This document shows, in pieces, positions 52,601-61,933 of a stretch of DNA of 64,000 nt (position 1 is the stretch's first letter; the number at the start of each line of letters is the position of its first letter). The notes below the pieces were generated by a model. It was not told where the DNA came from and searched no databases. It worked only from the letters and a program-made list of their open reading frames with translations. A program made the position numbers and the translations under genes. Location: the NCBI GenBank assembly GCA_963749915.1, contig CAVVOP010000008.1, positions 704,001 through 768,000 on the forward strand, given 5' to 3'. Source of the stretch: an uncultured cyanobacterium (lineage in GTDB: Bacteria > Cyanobacteriota > Cyanobacteriia > Cyanobacteriales > Cyanobacteriaceae).

Positions 52601-53302
52601 AGCAAAATCAAAATGTTGCAATCCCTCGCTGATTATCTTGTCAAAAAAAGTGTCTGGATTATTGGCGGTGATGGTTGGGCTTACGACATCGGTTACGGTG
52701 GTTTAGATCATGCGATCGCCAGTGGCAGAAATATCAATCTTTTAGTGATGGATACGGAGGTCTATTCGAATACAGGAGGTCAAGCCTCAAAAGCCACCCC
52801 CAGAGGTGCAGTAGCAAAATTTGCCAACGGAGGTAAACCAGCTCCGAAAAAAGACTTAGGGTTAATGGCAATGACCTACGGTAATGTTTATGTAGCTAGT
52901 GTCGCGATGGGTGCAAAACCTGAACATACCGTGAAAGCCTTTTTAGAAGCCGAAGCTTATAACGGGCCATCCCTAATTATTGCCTACTCTCACTGTATTG
53001 CTCATGGGATTAATATGTCAACAGCCATGAGACAACAACAGTCAGCGGTAGAATCTGGGCGTTGGTTATTGTATCGTTATCATCCAGAATTAGCGGAACA
53101 TGGTGAAAATCCCTTACATATTGACATGAATAGCCCTCAATTACCTTTAAAAGAAGCTATGTATAGTGAAAACCGCTTTAAGATGCTAACTCGCAGCAAA
53201 CCGGAGGAAGCCAAACGATTACTCAAACAAGCCCAAGAGGATGTCAATACCCGTTGGCAGATGTATCAATATTTAGCCGCTCGTCATCCTGAAGATAAAT
53301 AG
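49667..53302 (+). CDS. nifJ: pyruvate:ferredoxin/flavodoxin oxidoreductase
   Basis: YPITPAS, EMQSEGGAAG, two ferredoxin motifs (CVQCGKC, CTGCALC), GACGGCGE, TPP motif GGDGWAYDIG; ATG at 49667. Confidence 0.96.
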   Translation: MNTKNYATLDGNEAVARVAYKLNEVIAIYPITPASPMGEWADAWASEGKPNLWGTIPSIIEMQSEGGAAGAVHGALQAGSLTTTFTASQGLLLMIPNYYKIAGELTPIVFHIAARSLAAQALSIFGDHSDVMAARATGCALLASASVQEAQDLAAIATSASLKSRIPFLHFFDGFRTSHQIDKVELLEDEHLRQLVDDQDIVAHRRRALTPDRPVLRGTAQNPDVYFQARETVNPFYDQCPHIVQGVMNQFASLTGRQYYLYEYHGDTTAEKVIIIMGSGCDVVHETIDYLNSQGQKLGVLKVRLYRPFDAQRLLEAIPGTVKAIAVLDRTKEPGSAGEPLYVDVVTAYMEYYQGDTFPKIVGGRYGLSSKDFTPAMVKGIFENLSLAVADSSVSKGRGIKNHFTIGINDDLSHTSLDYNSNFDIEPDNVVRAIFYGLGSDGTVGANKNSIKIIGEDTDNYAQGYFVYDSKKSGSVTVSHLRFGPQLIRSCYLINQANFIGCHQWEFLDKYPILSDALMGATFLLNSPYPADLVWDQLPSAVRETIIAKQLKFYVINGYQVAREAGMGGRINTVMQVCFFALSGVLSKENAIAQIKKSIEKTYGKKGKEIVEMNMKAVDSTLDHLFEVPIPVDRDNAPLSNARERENQRSHSGASRSPVSDQAPIFVKEVLGKILAREGDNIPVSALPCDGTYPTGTSKWEKRNIAQEIPVWDADVCVQCGKCVMVCPHGVIRSKVYSGENLSNAPETFKSSPARDHDWKGLKFTIQVAPEDCTGCALCIDVCPAKNKSQPRLKAINMSPQLPIREQERVNWDYFLNLPLPDRNALNLKKISHQQMQEPLFEFSGACGGCGETPYLKLVTQLFGDRMIVANATGCSSIYGGNLPTTPWTTNNEGRGPAWSNSLFEDNAEFGLGFRVSIDKHVEFAMELLQSLAGELGDNLVTAILNNSQKDEADIYEQRNSVTQLKQRLQELTSDHPQSKIKMLQSLADYLVKKSVWIIGGDGWAYDIGYGGLDHAIASGRNINLLVMDTEVYSNTGGQASKATPRGAVAKFANGGKPAPKKDLGLMAMTYGNVYVASVAMGAKPEHTVKAFLEAEAYNGPSLIIAYSHCIAHGINMSTAMRQQQSAVESGRWLLYRYHPELAEHGENPLHIDMNSPQLPLKEAMYSENRFKMLTRSKPEEAKRLLKQAQEDVNTRWQMYQYLAARHPEDK

Positions 53303-53371
53303 AAAACCATAGTAAGCATAACTGAGAAGTTTTCTACATCAAAAACAATAAATATCAGGAGTAATAAAAAA

Positions 53372-54370
53372 ATGGATTTAAATACAACTTACATGGGTTT
53401 ACAACTCAAATCACCTTTAGTCGTAGGTGCATCTGCACCCCTTACCGAAGAGATAGATAATATCAAACTCATTGAAGATGCTGGAGGGGCGGCAGTGGTT
53501 TTACACTCATTTTTCGAAGAACAGTTACAAAAAGAAAGATTAGAGTTACAGTATCATTTAACTCATGGTACTCAAAGTTTTGCTGAGGCTTTAACTTATT
53601 TTCCCGAACCGGAAATATTCCATATTGGGGAGGAAGAATATCTTAACCACATTCGTAAAGCCAAAGAATCAACGAATATTCCCATTATTGCCTCCCTCAA
53701 TGGTTATGATTTGGGAGGATGGATCCATTATGCTAAACAAATTGAACAAGCTGGGGCAGATGCCATTGAATTAAACATTTATTATGTACCTACGGACATG
53801 AATATCAGTGGTGCACAAATAGAGCAAAATTACCTGGATATTCTCCAAGGTGTTAAAGCCGATATAAAAATTCCCGTAGCCATTAAGGTTAGCCCTTTTT
53901 TTAGTAATATGGCGAATATGGCAAGAAAATTAGCAGATAGTGGTGCTGACGCTCTTGTTTTATTCAATCGTTTTTATCAACCAGATATTGACTTGAAAGA
54001 ATTGGAAGTAATCCCCCATTTGTTATTAAGTACCCCCCAAGCCATGCGTTTGCCCATGCGTTGGATTGCTATTTTATACGGAAGAATAAAAACAGATTTT
54101 GCGGCTACCAGTGGTATTCATCACGGTGAAGACGTAATTAAAATGATGATGGTGGGGGCAAACGTAACCATGATTGTCAGTAGTTTATTGCGTCATGGTA
54201 TCCCTTATCTTAAGGATATAGAACAGGAAATTCGTCAATGGATGGAAGAAAATGAGTATGAATCAATTAAACAAATGCAGGGTAGTATGAGTCAGTTATA
54301 TTGTCCTGATGAGAGTGCTTTTGAAAGAGCTCAATATATGAGAGCCATTCAAACTTATCAACCTGTGTGA
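53372..54370 (+). CDS. dihydroorotate dehydrogenase-like flavoprotein, probably co-transcribed with PFOR
   Basis: DL.TTYMGL.LKSPLV, IPIIASLNG, GADAIELN, LVLFNRFYQPDID and FERAQY. Confidence 0.88.
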   Translation: MDLNTTYMGLQLKSPLVVGASAPLTEEIDNIKLIEDAGGAAVVLHSFFEEQLQKERLELQYHLTHGTQSFAEALTYFPEPEIFHIGEEEYLNHIRKAKESTNIPIIASLNGYDLGGWIHYAKQIEQAGADAIELNIYYVPTDMNISGAQIEQNYLDILQGVKADIKIPVAIKVSPFFSNMANMARKLADSGADALVLFNRFYQPDIDLKELEVIPHLLLSTPQAMRLPMRWIAILYGRIKTDFAATSGIHHGEDVIKMMMVGANVTMIVSSLLRHGIPYLKDIEQEIRQWMEENEYESIKQMQGSMSQLYCPDESAFERAQYMRAIQTYQPV

Positions 54371-54521
54371 CAAGACACTACTTTTGATACTTCTTCCGTA
54401 ATGTAAATGATCAAAGCCTATTTCCTCATTGACAGATACTTTATTTTGGCATTTATTTGGGGAATATTACCCATAAAAACGCTAGGATGGATCAAATAAA
54501 ATTCAATCATTGTTTCTTTCT

Positions 54522-55040
54522 ATGGCATCATCTACAGAGGTTAAAAAATACTTAGCATATTGGTTTCAACTGGGGAAAAAAATCAATATTCCTCGTCGTA
54601 ATATATCTTTATTGCCTTCTAAAATTATTATTGGCGATCAGTATAGTATAGAATTTGAAGAATGTTGGGCGTTAGTCACCGATGGAAAAACAGGAGATTC
54701 TTATTTAGAAGGGACAACACAAAGTATTCAAGAGTTATTATCATCTAAATGGGAGATAACCAATTGTGCCCGTTGTGAGATGCCCGTACCTATAATACAG
54801 ATAGGGCTACAAAGTGGAGACTGTGTTTGTAGTGATGTGGAAGGTTGGCCTAATAATGAGTTGCCTAAGCCACGAAGTCCAATTGATCATAAAGAGAAGT
54901 TGATAATGATTAAAAATTCTCTCGATAAAAGTCCATCAAAAGCCTTCAAAAAAACTCTGAAATTAAGAAATTCTTTTGACAAAAAAAGTGGTCCTTCCAG
55001 TAATTCTCATCTCAAAAATTATAATAGTATTTATTTGTAA
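54522..55040 (+). CDS. conserved cyanobacterial hypothetical protein with Cys motifs
   Basis: MAS..EVKKYLAYWFQLGK, YLEGT.Q.IQELL, CARC, C.C.D...WPN.ELP.PR. Confidence 0.8.
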   Translation: MASSTEVKKYLAYWFQLGKKINIPRRNISLLPSKIIIGDQYSIEFEECWALVTDGKTGDSYLEGTTQSIQELLSSKWEITNCARCEMPVPIIQIGLQSGDCVCSDVEGWPNNELPKPRSPIDHKEKLIMIKNSLDKSPSKAFKKTLKLRNSFDKKSGPSSNSHLKNYNSIYL

Positions 55041-55114
55041 ACACAGAAAAAAAATCTCCATGTTGACAGCAATAATTTCTCATTATTCTTTTGTTTCTTT
55101 ATATTGTAATAATA

Positions 55115-55286
55115 TTTCAAGAAAATTACACAACTTGGAAGCTTAATTATGAAGAAACCACTGTAACTGGCTTTCGGCCATCGCTGCCTCAGTCCTAACG
55201 TCGGTTTAAATACCTGATTCTCCGTGGCAGCGGGATCGCTTGCGCTGCTGCAAGCAGTTCGCCTAACTTTCCAAGTCGTGTGAGAC
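55115..55286 (-). ncRNA. ssrS: 6S RNA (cyanobacterial 6Sa/SsaA)
   Basis: Long rod: closing helix ACACGACTTGGAA/TTCCAAGTTGTGT, inner CGCTGCC/GGCAGCG, recalled 6Sa motifs GTTAGGCGAACTG and GGAGAATCAGGTA..AAACCGACGTTAGGACTGAGGCAGCG; -10 TATTAT just upstream; ends approximate. Confidence 0.78.
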
Positions 55287-55309
55287 AAAGAAGATAATAC
55301 AAACTCAAG

Positions 55310-55389
55310 GAAAAATGGTCTTTTCAAGGATTTCTGTAATACTTGTAAGCGAATATTTGTTGTACGGTATTCCCCCTTGTCTACTTTCC
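55310..55389 (-). repeat. second copy of the ~80-bp repeat core, directly upstream of 6S RNA
   Basis: GGAAAGTAGACAAGG..GAATACCGTA..ATATTC.GCTTAC..GTATTA....ATCCTTGAAAAGAC.ATTTTTC shared with 24362-24443. Confidence 0.75.
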
Positions 55390-55391
55390 CT

Positions 55392-55820
55392 CTAAATTTT
55401 GCCTCTTATTTCTTCAATTACTTCATCTCTAAGAATAATTTCGATATTGAGTTTTTCCACTAAATTGTCCCCTTCTTGAACATCAAAAAAGCTTTCCATT
55501 TGTGCTTGAAATACTTCTTGTCCTAATTCTAATAATTGAACTTGTTGCATTTGTTGTAAAAGTTGGTTTTTTTGTTGCAGCATTTCCCCTTTTTTCTGGG
55601 TAACTTGTCCTTGGATATTTTCTATTTGTTGAGCGGCTTGTAAACTACCTTGTTTTCTAATTTCAATGATGGCACTTTGTCCTTGTTGATCTATTTGTAA
55701 CATTTGTTGATCTATTTGACTAATTTGTGCTTGTAACTGTTGTTGGGCTTTTTCTTGCCATGCGGGAGTGACAATGACTTTCACGTTAATCGGACGTTTT
55801 AAAGTTAATTTCGATGCCAT
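55392..55820 (-). CDS. YlqD family protein
   Basis: LKRPINVKVIVTP.W, Q-rich coiled coil, GDNLVEKL.IEIILRD.VIEEIRG. Confidence 0.85.
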   Translation of the reverse strand: MASKLTLKRPINVKVIVTPAWQEKAQQQLQAQISQIDQQMLQIDQQGQSAIIEIRKQGSLQAAQQIENIQGQVTQKKGEMLQQKNQLLQQMQQVQLLELGQEVFQAQMESFFDVQEGDNLVEKLNIEIILRDEVIEEIRGKI

Positions 55821-55871
55821 GATAATTAAATTTTCTCCATTTTTATAGTTGATTATCGAATTAGTTAATTG

Positions 55872-57794
55872 TCAATTGTTAAATATCGAATCAATCATAT
55901 CCTGATAATGGCTTGTTATCACGGGGCGTTTAATTTTTAGGGTTTGAGTCATCATACCATTGTCCATGGAAAAAGGCTCTAAAATCAATTTAAAAACAGC
56001 GATACGGTCGTCGGGACGGTATCCGGCTCTATTTTTAACCTCGCGATTTAATTCTTGTTTATAGAGGCTTATAACTTCTTTTCTATAAAGATCGCTATTT
56101 TCGATGGCCTCTCTGGTAGCATTTTGGGCGGGAAATCTTAAGTTGAGATTTTGAGATTGTTCCCATTTTTGCAAAGCATCGAGATTCGGCACAATTAACG
56201 CCCCTAAATACTTTTGATCTTGTCCTACTACCATAATCTGATCAATATAAGGACTGCGCACACAAGCATCTTCAATGGGTTGAGGCTCGATATTTTCCCC
56301 GTTACTCAAGACGATAGTATCTTTTGCTCGTCCCGTAATTACTAAATCATTATCAGGTGTTACCCAACCGAGATCCCCACTGTTAAACCATCCATCTTCG
56401 TCGATGGCTTTAGCTGTAGCAGAGGGGTTTTTATAATAACCTTGCATTACTTGAGCACCTCGAATACACACTAAGCCAATTTTGCCTTGGGGTAGGCTTT
56501 CTCTAGTTTCAGGCTCAATAATTTTGATTTCCGTTTCGGGGATCGGCGGTCCAGACGCACCCACAATATTACGATCGACTCTTCTCGCATTGGTGACGGG
56601 AGAAGTTTCCGTTAAGCCGTAGCCAACAATTAAGGGAATGCCCACAATTTGAAAGAAATTGTCAATGTGTTTCGCCAATGACCCACCACCGCTAATCCAT
56701 GTTTTTACGCAACCACCGACACCATCTCGTATTTTTTGATACACTAATTTATCCCCTAATTTGTGCAGGGGTAGTAATAATAATGCTTGAATTCGGGCGG
56801 TGATTTTTTCTAAGACACTAGGGTTTAAGTTGTCGAGGGTCAAGCTTTTATAAATCCTTGTTGCTTCTAAATATTTTTCCGATATTGACAGGAAGAAAAA
56901 GACGATTTTTTGTTGATTTTTACTACCATCTCGAAATTGTTTTTGTACTCCTTCATAGATAGATTCCCACAAACGAGGCACTCCCACCATAAAATGGGGA
57001 CGATATTTCTTCAAATCCTGCTTAAAATAGCGAATGTTGGTGTAAATTAACGTTGTACCCCTGGATAGTAAGAAATACTCTGCGGCCCTTTCGTAAGAGT
57101 GCCAACTTGGCAAGATACTTAAAATGCGATCGCCGGGTAACGGTTTAATCACAGTTTCTAAATAGCGTACTTGATGGAGTAAATTACCATGAGTTAACAT
57201 TACTCCTTTCGGTTGTCCTGTGGTGCCTGAAGTGTAGATTAAAGTCGCTAAGTCATCTAAGTTTTTCGAGACGGGGGTAAAACCATGATTTTCGCCTAGC
57301 TGCATAAATTGCTCAAAATTATGGATAGGTTGAGAAAATGCCTCTTCGATGGCTTCATCGGACAATAAAATGATCGATTTTAATTTAAATTCTTCTAATT
57401 CCGGCTGTAATTTTTTGAGGGTAGCTAAATCTTGGATAACGAGCATAACACTATCACTATGACCTAAAATATATAACAATTCTCCCCGATCAGCTTGGGA
57501 TGAGCGAACAGCATCAATACAGCCATTGCGAATTATACCTTGATCCGCCATCAACCAACGGGGACTATTATCCGCAAAAAGGGCAATTTTTTCCCCAGGT
57601 TCAATGCCTAAAAATTGTAAACCTGCGGCGAATTGTTTAATATGGCCATCGACTTCTCTATAGGTTAGATTAATACTGGGGTGAGTGTGAGGATCAGATA
57701 AGGCGATAATGTCCCCAAATTGGGGCACTACCAAATCCCAAATTTCACCAAGGGAATTAACCTGGAAATAATTGCGATGGTTACCTTGATTCAT
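55872..57794 (-). CDS. aas: acyl-ACP synthetase / long-chain acyl-CoA synthetase
   Basis: YTSGTTGQPKG, GYGLTETSP, WFNSGDLG and GRAKDTIVLSNGENIEP. Confidence 0.88.
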   Translation of the reverse strand: MNQGNHRNYFQVNSLGEIWDLVVPQFGDIIALSDPHTHPSINLTYREVDGHIKQFAAGLQFLGIEPGEKIALFADNSPRWLMADQGIIRNGCIDAVRSSQADRGELLYILGHSDSVMLVIQDLATLKKLQPELEEFKLKSIILLSDEAIEEAFSQPIHNFEQFMQLGENHGFTPVSKNLDDLATLIYTSGTTGQPKGVMLTHGNLLHQVRYLETVIKPLPGDRILSILPSWHSYERAAEYFLLSRGTTLIYTNIRYFKQDLKKYRPHFMVGVPRLWESIYEGVQKQFRDGSKNQQKIVFFFLSISEKYLEATRIYKSLTLDNLNPSVLEKITARIQALLLLPLHKLGDKLVYQKIRDGVGGCVKTWISGGGSLAKHIDNFFQIVGIPLIVGYGLTETSPVTNARRVDRNIVGASGPPIPETEIKIIEPETRESLPQGKIGLVCIRGAQVMQGYYKNPSATAKAIDEDGWFNSGDLGWVTPDNDLVITGRAKDTIVLSNGENIEPQPIEDACVRSPYIDQIMVVGQDQKYLGALIVPNLDALQKWEQSQNLNLRFPAQNATREAIENSDLYRKEVISLYKQELNREVKNRAGYRPDDRIAVFKLILEPFSMDNGMMTQTLKIKRPVITSHYQDMIDSIFNN

Positions 57795-57963
57795 GATTCA
57801 ACTTTTTTTTTACTATAGTTTCGTTTTTATCATAAACCCTTCATTCTTATTTATTGGCTATGGATAGGTAGAAAAAAAAATTGGCACAAAGGAATTTACA
57901 AACAATGAAAAACAGAAAATTATAATTTAACTGCTTTCACAATTACTTTTTATTTTTCAACCC

Positions 57964-58443
57964 ATGATTGCAATTTACCCCGGCAGTTTTGATCCTATCA
58001 CCCTCGGACATCTTGATCTGATTCAACGCAGTAGTATTTTGTTTGAGAAAGTCATCGTTGCCGTCTTAAAAAACCCTCAGAAACAACCACTGTTTACAGT
58101 GGAAAAAAGGGTGCAACAAATAAAAGAATGTACTCAAGATATTCTAAATATAGAGGTAGATAGTTTTACTGGTTTAACGGTAGAATATGCCAAAATGAAA
58201 CAGGCTGGGGTTTTATTAAGGGGTTTAAGAGTAATGTCTGATTTTGAGCAAGAGTTACAAATGGCTCATATAAATAAGACTTTAGAGCCTAAAATCGAAA
58301 CGGTTTTTTTAGCTACTAATACCGAACTCAGTTTTCTTAGTAGTAGTGTTGTCAAGGAAATTGCTAAATTCGGTGGTACAATCGATCATCTTGTAACCCC
58401 TAATATTGCCCAAGATTTGTATTCTGCCATAAAGAATAGTTAG
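57964..58443 (+). CDS. coaD: phosphopantetheine adenylyltransferase
   Basis: [20 protein letters not shown] and [10 protein letters not shown]. Confidence 0.96.
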   Translation: MIAIYPGSFDPITLGHLDLIQRSSILFEKVIVAVLKNPQKQPLFTVEKRVQQIKECTQDILNIEVDSFTGLTVEYAKMKQAGVLLRGLRVMSDFEQELQMAHINKTLEPKIETVFLATNTELSFLSSSVVKEIAKFGGTIDHLVTPNIAQDLYSAIKNS

Positions 58444-58509
58444 AAGTTGAAATTCATTATTTATTAATAATTCATCATAGAGATAACCAATAGAAGGAAA
58501 AAAAAATTA

Positions 58510-59256
58510 ATGTCAGAAAGAGTCCAAAAAATTTTGAGAGAATGGGGTGTTGCTTCCCGTAGAGAAGCGGAAACCATGATTTTACAAGGAAGAGTGAAAG
58601 TTAATGGCGTGAATATTCAATTAGGAGATAAAGCTAATGCAGTGAAAGATACTATAGAAGTTGATGGTAAAATATTAAGTAATGATTATCGTCCTCGATT
58701 AGTTTATTTATTGTTGAATAAACCAAAAGGATACATTAGCACTTGCAATGATCCCCAAGGCAGAAAAACTGTCATGGATTTGTTGCCCTCTCATCTAAAA
58801 TCAGGACAAGGAATACATCCTGTTGGCAGACTCGATCGCAATTCTACAGGTGCATTATTATTAACTAATGATGGTTCTTTGACCGTTAGTTTAACTCATC
58901 CTCGTTATGATCTTCCGAAAATCTATCTTGTCACCCTAGAAGGTAATATACCTAACAAAATCCTACAACAATGGGCGGAGGGATTTATGTGGGAAGGGAA
59001 ACAAACTCTACCTACCGAAATTACCATTAACCAAAGAAGTGGAAATCAAACTAAGATGGAAATCACACTACGAGAAGGGCGTAATCGTCAAATTCGCAGA
59101 ATAGCGGAATTATTTGGTTATCCTGTGGTTAGTTTACACCGAAAAGCTATCGGCACCATTAAAATAGCCTCTTTATCTTCCGGTAATTATCGTAACTTAA
59201 CTATTCCAGAAATCCATGACTTGAGAAAAACTATTAAAGAAATGTCAGAAAATTAA
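58510..59256 (+). CDS. RsuA/RluB-family pseudouridine synthase
   Basis: S4 domain ERVQKIL, NKPKG, HPVGRLD and EGRNRQIRR. Confidence 0.92.
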   Translation: MSERVQKILREWGVASRREAETMILQGRVKVNGVNIQLGDKANAVKDTIEVDGKILSNDYRPRLVYLLLNKPKGYISTCNDPQGRKTVMDLLPSHLKSGQGIHPVGRLDRNSTGALLLTNDGSLTVSLTHPRYDLPKIYLVTLEGNIPNKILQQWAEGFMWEGKQTLPTEITINQRSGNQTKMEITLREGRNRQIRRIAELFGYPVVSLHRKAIGTIKIASLSSGNYRNLTIPEIHDLRKTIKEMSEN

Positions 59257-59284
59257 AGTATTTAAAGAAGGAGTAAATTTAACT

Positions 59285-60100
59285 ATGAAATTCTTTGAAA
59301 AAACTCAAGAAGAAATCATCGATTATAATGAAATAAGACAACAACAACTAAAATTAATTAGTGTTGAACTTAAACAGAAAAGAATAGAAAATAACCTTGA
59401 TAAAAATATTATTTCCAATCAACTGCATATTCCTGTGAGTATTCTTAATGCCATTGAGTCTGCGGATTTACAGCATTTGCCTGAACCAGTCTTTACCAAA
59501 CAATTGATCAAAAAATATGCTAATTTCCTGAAACTCAACGGAGAAGATATTAGTAATAAATTTTCTACTGAACAAAATCCAAAACCACATAAAAAAAAAT
59601 CTTTTTTACATTCATTGAACTTTAGGTATTATCTAAATTTTAACTCTAAATACTTATATTTTTTCTATTTTCTGATACTTTTTTTCTCCATCAGAAGTTT
59701 AAGCAGTATCTTAGGGTCTCCTCAATTTGCTCAAATAAAAATGCCCCAAAAACCGGTAGTTGAAACCAACATCTCGCCAACTAATAATCCCCCAGTTAAG
59801 AAAACTCCCGAAGCAATACCCATGGCGAAGAAAAAAGAAGAAAAACCTCCTATCCCCAAGGAATTAATTATCAAAGTAACAGTAAAAGAGGACTCTTGGG
59901 TAAAAATTACAGTTGATGGGAAACCAGCCTTTGAAGGTATCCTGACTAAAGGGTCAGAAAAACAATGGATTGGAAAACAAAAAATCACTATTCGTGCTGG
60001 TAATTCCGGAGGGTTACTTGTTACTGTCAATGATGAAAAACCGAGGGAGTTGGGCAAATTAGGACAAGTAACTGATACTATCTTTGAAATACCAAGATAA
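59285..60100 (+). CDS. RodZ-like protein (HTH + TM + DUF4115)
   Basis: LNAIE.....LPEPVF....IKKYANFL, TM segment, SWVKITVDGK...RAGNSGG. Confidence 0.82.
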   Translation: MKFFEKTQEEIIDYNEIRQQQLKLISVELKQKRIENNLDKNIISNQLHIPVSILNAIESADLQHLPEPVFTKQLIKKYANFLKLNGEDISNKFSTEQNPKPHKKKSFLHSLNFRYYLNFNSKYLYFFYFLILFFSIRSLSSILGSPQFAQIKMPQKPVVETNISPTNNPPVKKTPEAIPMAKKKEEKPPIPKELIIKVTVKEDSWVKITVDGKPAFEGILTKGSEKQWIGKQKITIRAGNSGGLLVTVNDEKPRELGKLGQVTDTIFEIPR

Positions 60101-60272
60101 TTTCAGGTAATAAGCTCATTTGCATCTAAGTTTCATCATTTTAAACCTGACAGTCCATTAGTACTCCAAAAATTTTGAGTTGAGGAGGAAGGCTTCCGAG
60201 TATTAGGGAATCGGAAATCGAAAGATGACTGAAAAATTTATAACTTTTGTTTTTTGTTTCTGTCTTAATAAA

Positions 60273-61139
60273 CTACGAGGAGACTTCGATGGTTATCTTG
60301 GCTGCATAAACTTCTTGTGGTTGTAAATAGTTTAATTGTTCTCCTGTATTGATGCTATTACGGGGTGCACTCCAAGGTTCTACACAAATGTAATCTTTAT
60401 CTTTTAATGTCCAAAATACAAGGGTAGAGAATAAATCGCTGTAAGTAATATCTACTTTTAAATTGCGCTTAGTATCTGAAAATAATGTTTGTTGTGTGTT
60501 TATTTGAGTAAAGGCAATATCTATTTCTTCACTGTCATAATCTAATTCTCCATTAAATGGATAAGTTTTATCCCCTTTTTTTGTGCGATATTCAACGGCA
60601 GGTATTTCCAATTTTAATTTACTTTTATCATTACAATAAAAATAAGGATGAAAACCTACAGAGAAGGGCATTTTTTTTTGAGATTTATTTTCGTATAATT
60701 GCTCGATAATTAGCTTATTACCTTGTAATTTATAGGTAAATTTTAACTCAAATTCGAAGGGATAAACCTTCAAGGTTTCGGGAGTACTTTTTAAGGATAA
60801 AACAAGGTTAGCGCAGGTGTCTGTAGATTGGCTTATAACTTGCCAAGGTAAGTCTCTCGCAAAACCGTGTTGTTTTAAAATATATTGTTTATCTTGATAA
60901 TAAAAAATATTATCAGGTAAGTTACCGCAAATCGGAAATAAAATGGGGATTCCGCCTCTAACACTCAATTGATGGTTTTTAAATCTTTCTTGATCTAAGT
61001 ATAAAATTTTTTGCCCTTGTATTGTCCAACCCGTAACAATTCCTCCTTTTTCAGGAACTATTTCTAATCGAGAGTTACTTTGTAAGTCTTTTAAAATATA
61101 GGTTAAATATTCTTCTTGTTTGATGGCGATATTAAACAT
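60273..61139 (-). CDS. aldose 1-epimerase family protein
   Basis: RGGIPILFP, QHGFAR, GFHPYF and YICVEPW. Confidence 0.9.
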   Translation of the reverse strand: MFNIAIKQEEYLTYILKDLQSNSRLEIVPEKGGIVTGWTIQGQKILYLDQERFKNHQLSVRGGIPILFPICGNLPDNIFYYQDKQYILKQHGFARDLPWQVISQSTDTCANLVLSLKSTPETLKVYPFEFELKFTYKLQGNKLIIEQLYENKSQKKMPFSVGFHPYFYCNDKSKLKLEIPAVEYRTKKGDKTYPFNGELDYDSEEIDIAFTQINTQQTLFSDTKRNLKVDITYSDLFSTLVFWTLKDKDYICVEPWSAPRNSINTGEQLNYLQPQEVYAAKITIEVSS

Positions 61140-61237
61140 ATTATTAAGATTCAGTAAAAAAGTTTCTTGATGAAGATGGGGAATAGTTTATTGAATAGAC
61201 AATTGATAAATGAAATAATATCCATTAATATTTATTA

Positions 61238-61933
61238 TTAATTAAAAGCAAAAATTTTTTGTAGATAATAAACAACGAATCCGCTAGCCACAGGCACCGT
61301 TAAATTATCAATTCCGATGGTAGAAAACATTTCTAATATCGTAGCAAATATTCCCACTATCAGTGCAATAATTAAATTTTGCCATTGCCAATCACCGTTA
61401 AAAGTAAGGATAAGAATCCCTACTGAAATACTAACTAATGTCATCGTTAATGATCCTTCCCAACTTTTTTTATTTCCCCACAGTTGATAAGGGTGTTTTC
61501 CCCATTTTTGACCGATTAATGCCGCCATGCCATCGCCATAACTCATGACCAAAATTCCTATGGCGGTAAATTGTTGTTGTCCATTTTTCCAAAATAAACT
61601 TGTTAAAATACCGATACTCATAGCGTAAAACAACGTGCCTAAACTTTTTCTACCGACTCCGTTGAGGCTTGGTAATATTGGCAAAAAATAGGATGCTATC
61701 GCCACAAAAGACGCCACTATGGAGGCAAGGATAATGATAGAACTGGGAATATTTAACCACCATGCCAATAAGATAACGTTACCAGTACCGATGTGAACTA
61801 TTTTGCGGGTTAATTCTGCATCGGTTTTTTGATAACGGCTAAGGATTTCGGCGATGAAGAATAGGATACCTAAATAACCGGCGATGATGGCAACGGAGAC
61901 AAAATTAGTAGATAAATCAGTTAACATCATCAT
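61238..61933 (-). CDS. phytol kinase / dolichol-kinase-like (CTP_transf_1) membrane protein
   Basis: RKIVHIG, YGDGMAALIG, KKSWEGS and GIDNLTVP. Confidence 0.85.
   Translation of the reverse strand: MMMLTDLSTNFVSVAIIAGYLGILFFIAEILSRYQKTDAELTRKIVHIGTGNVILLAWWLNIPSSIIILASIVASFVAIASYFLPILPSLNGVGRKSLGTLFYAMSIGILTSLFWKNGQQQFTAIGILVMSYGDGMAALIGQKWGKHPYQLWGNKKSWEGSLTMTLVSISVGILILTFNGDWQWQNLIIALIVGIFATILEMFSTIGIDNLTVPVASGFVVYYLQKIFAFN

Noticed and set aside
55031..55327. 98-aa minus-strand ORF
   Set aside because: Overlaps the 6S RNA and a repeat; no protein-like features
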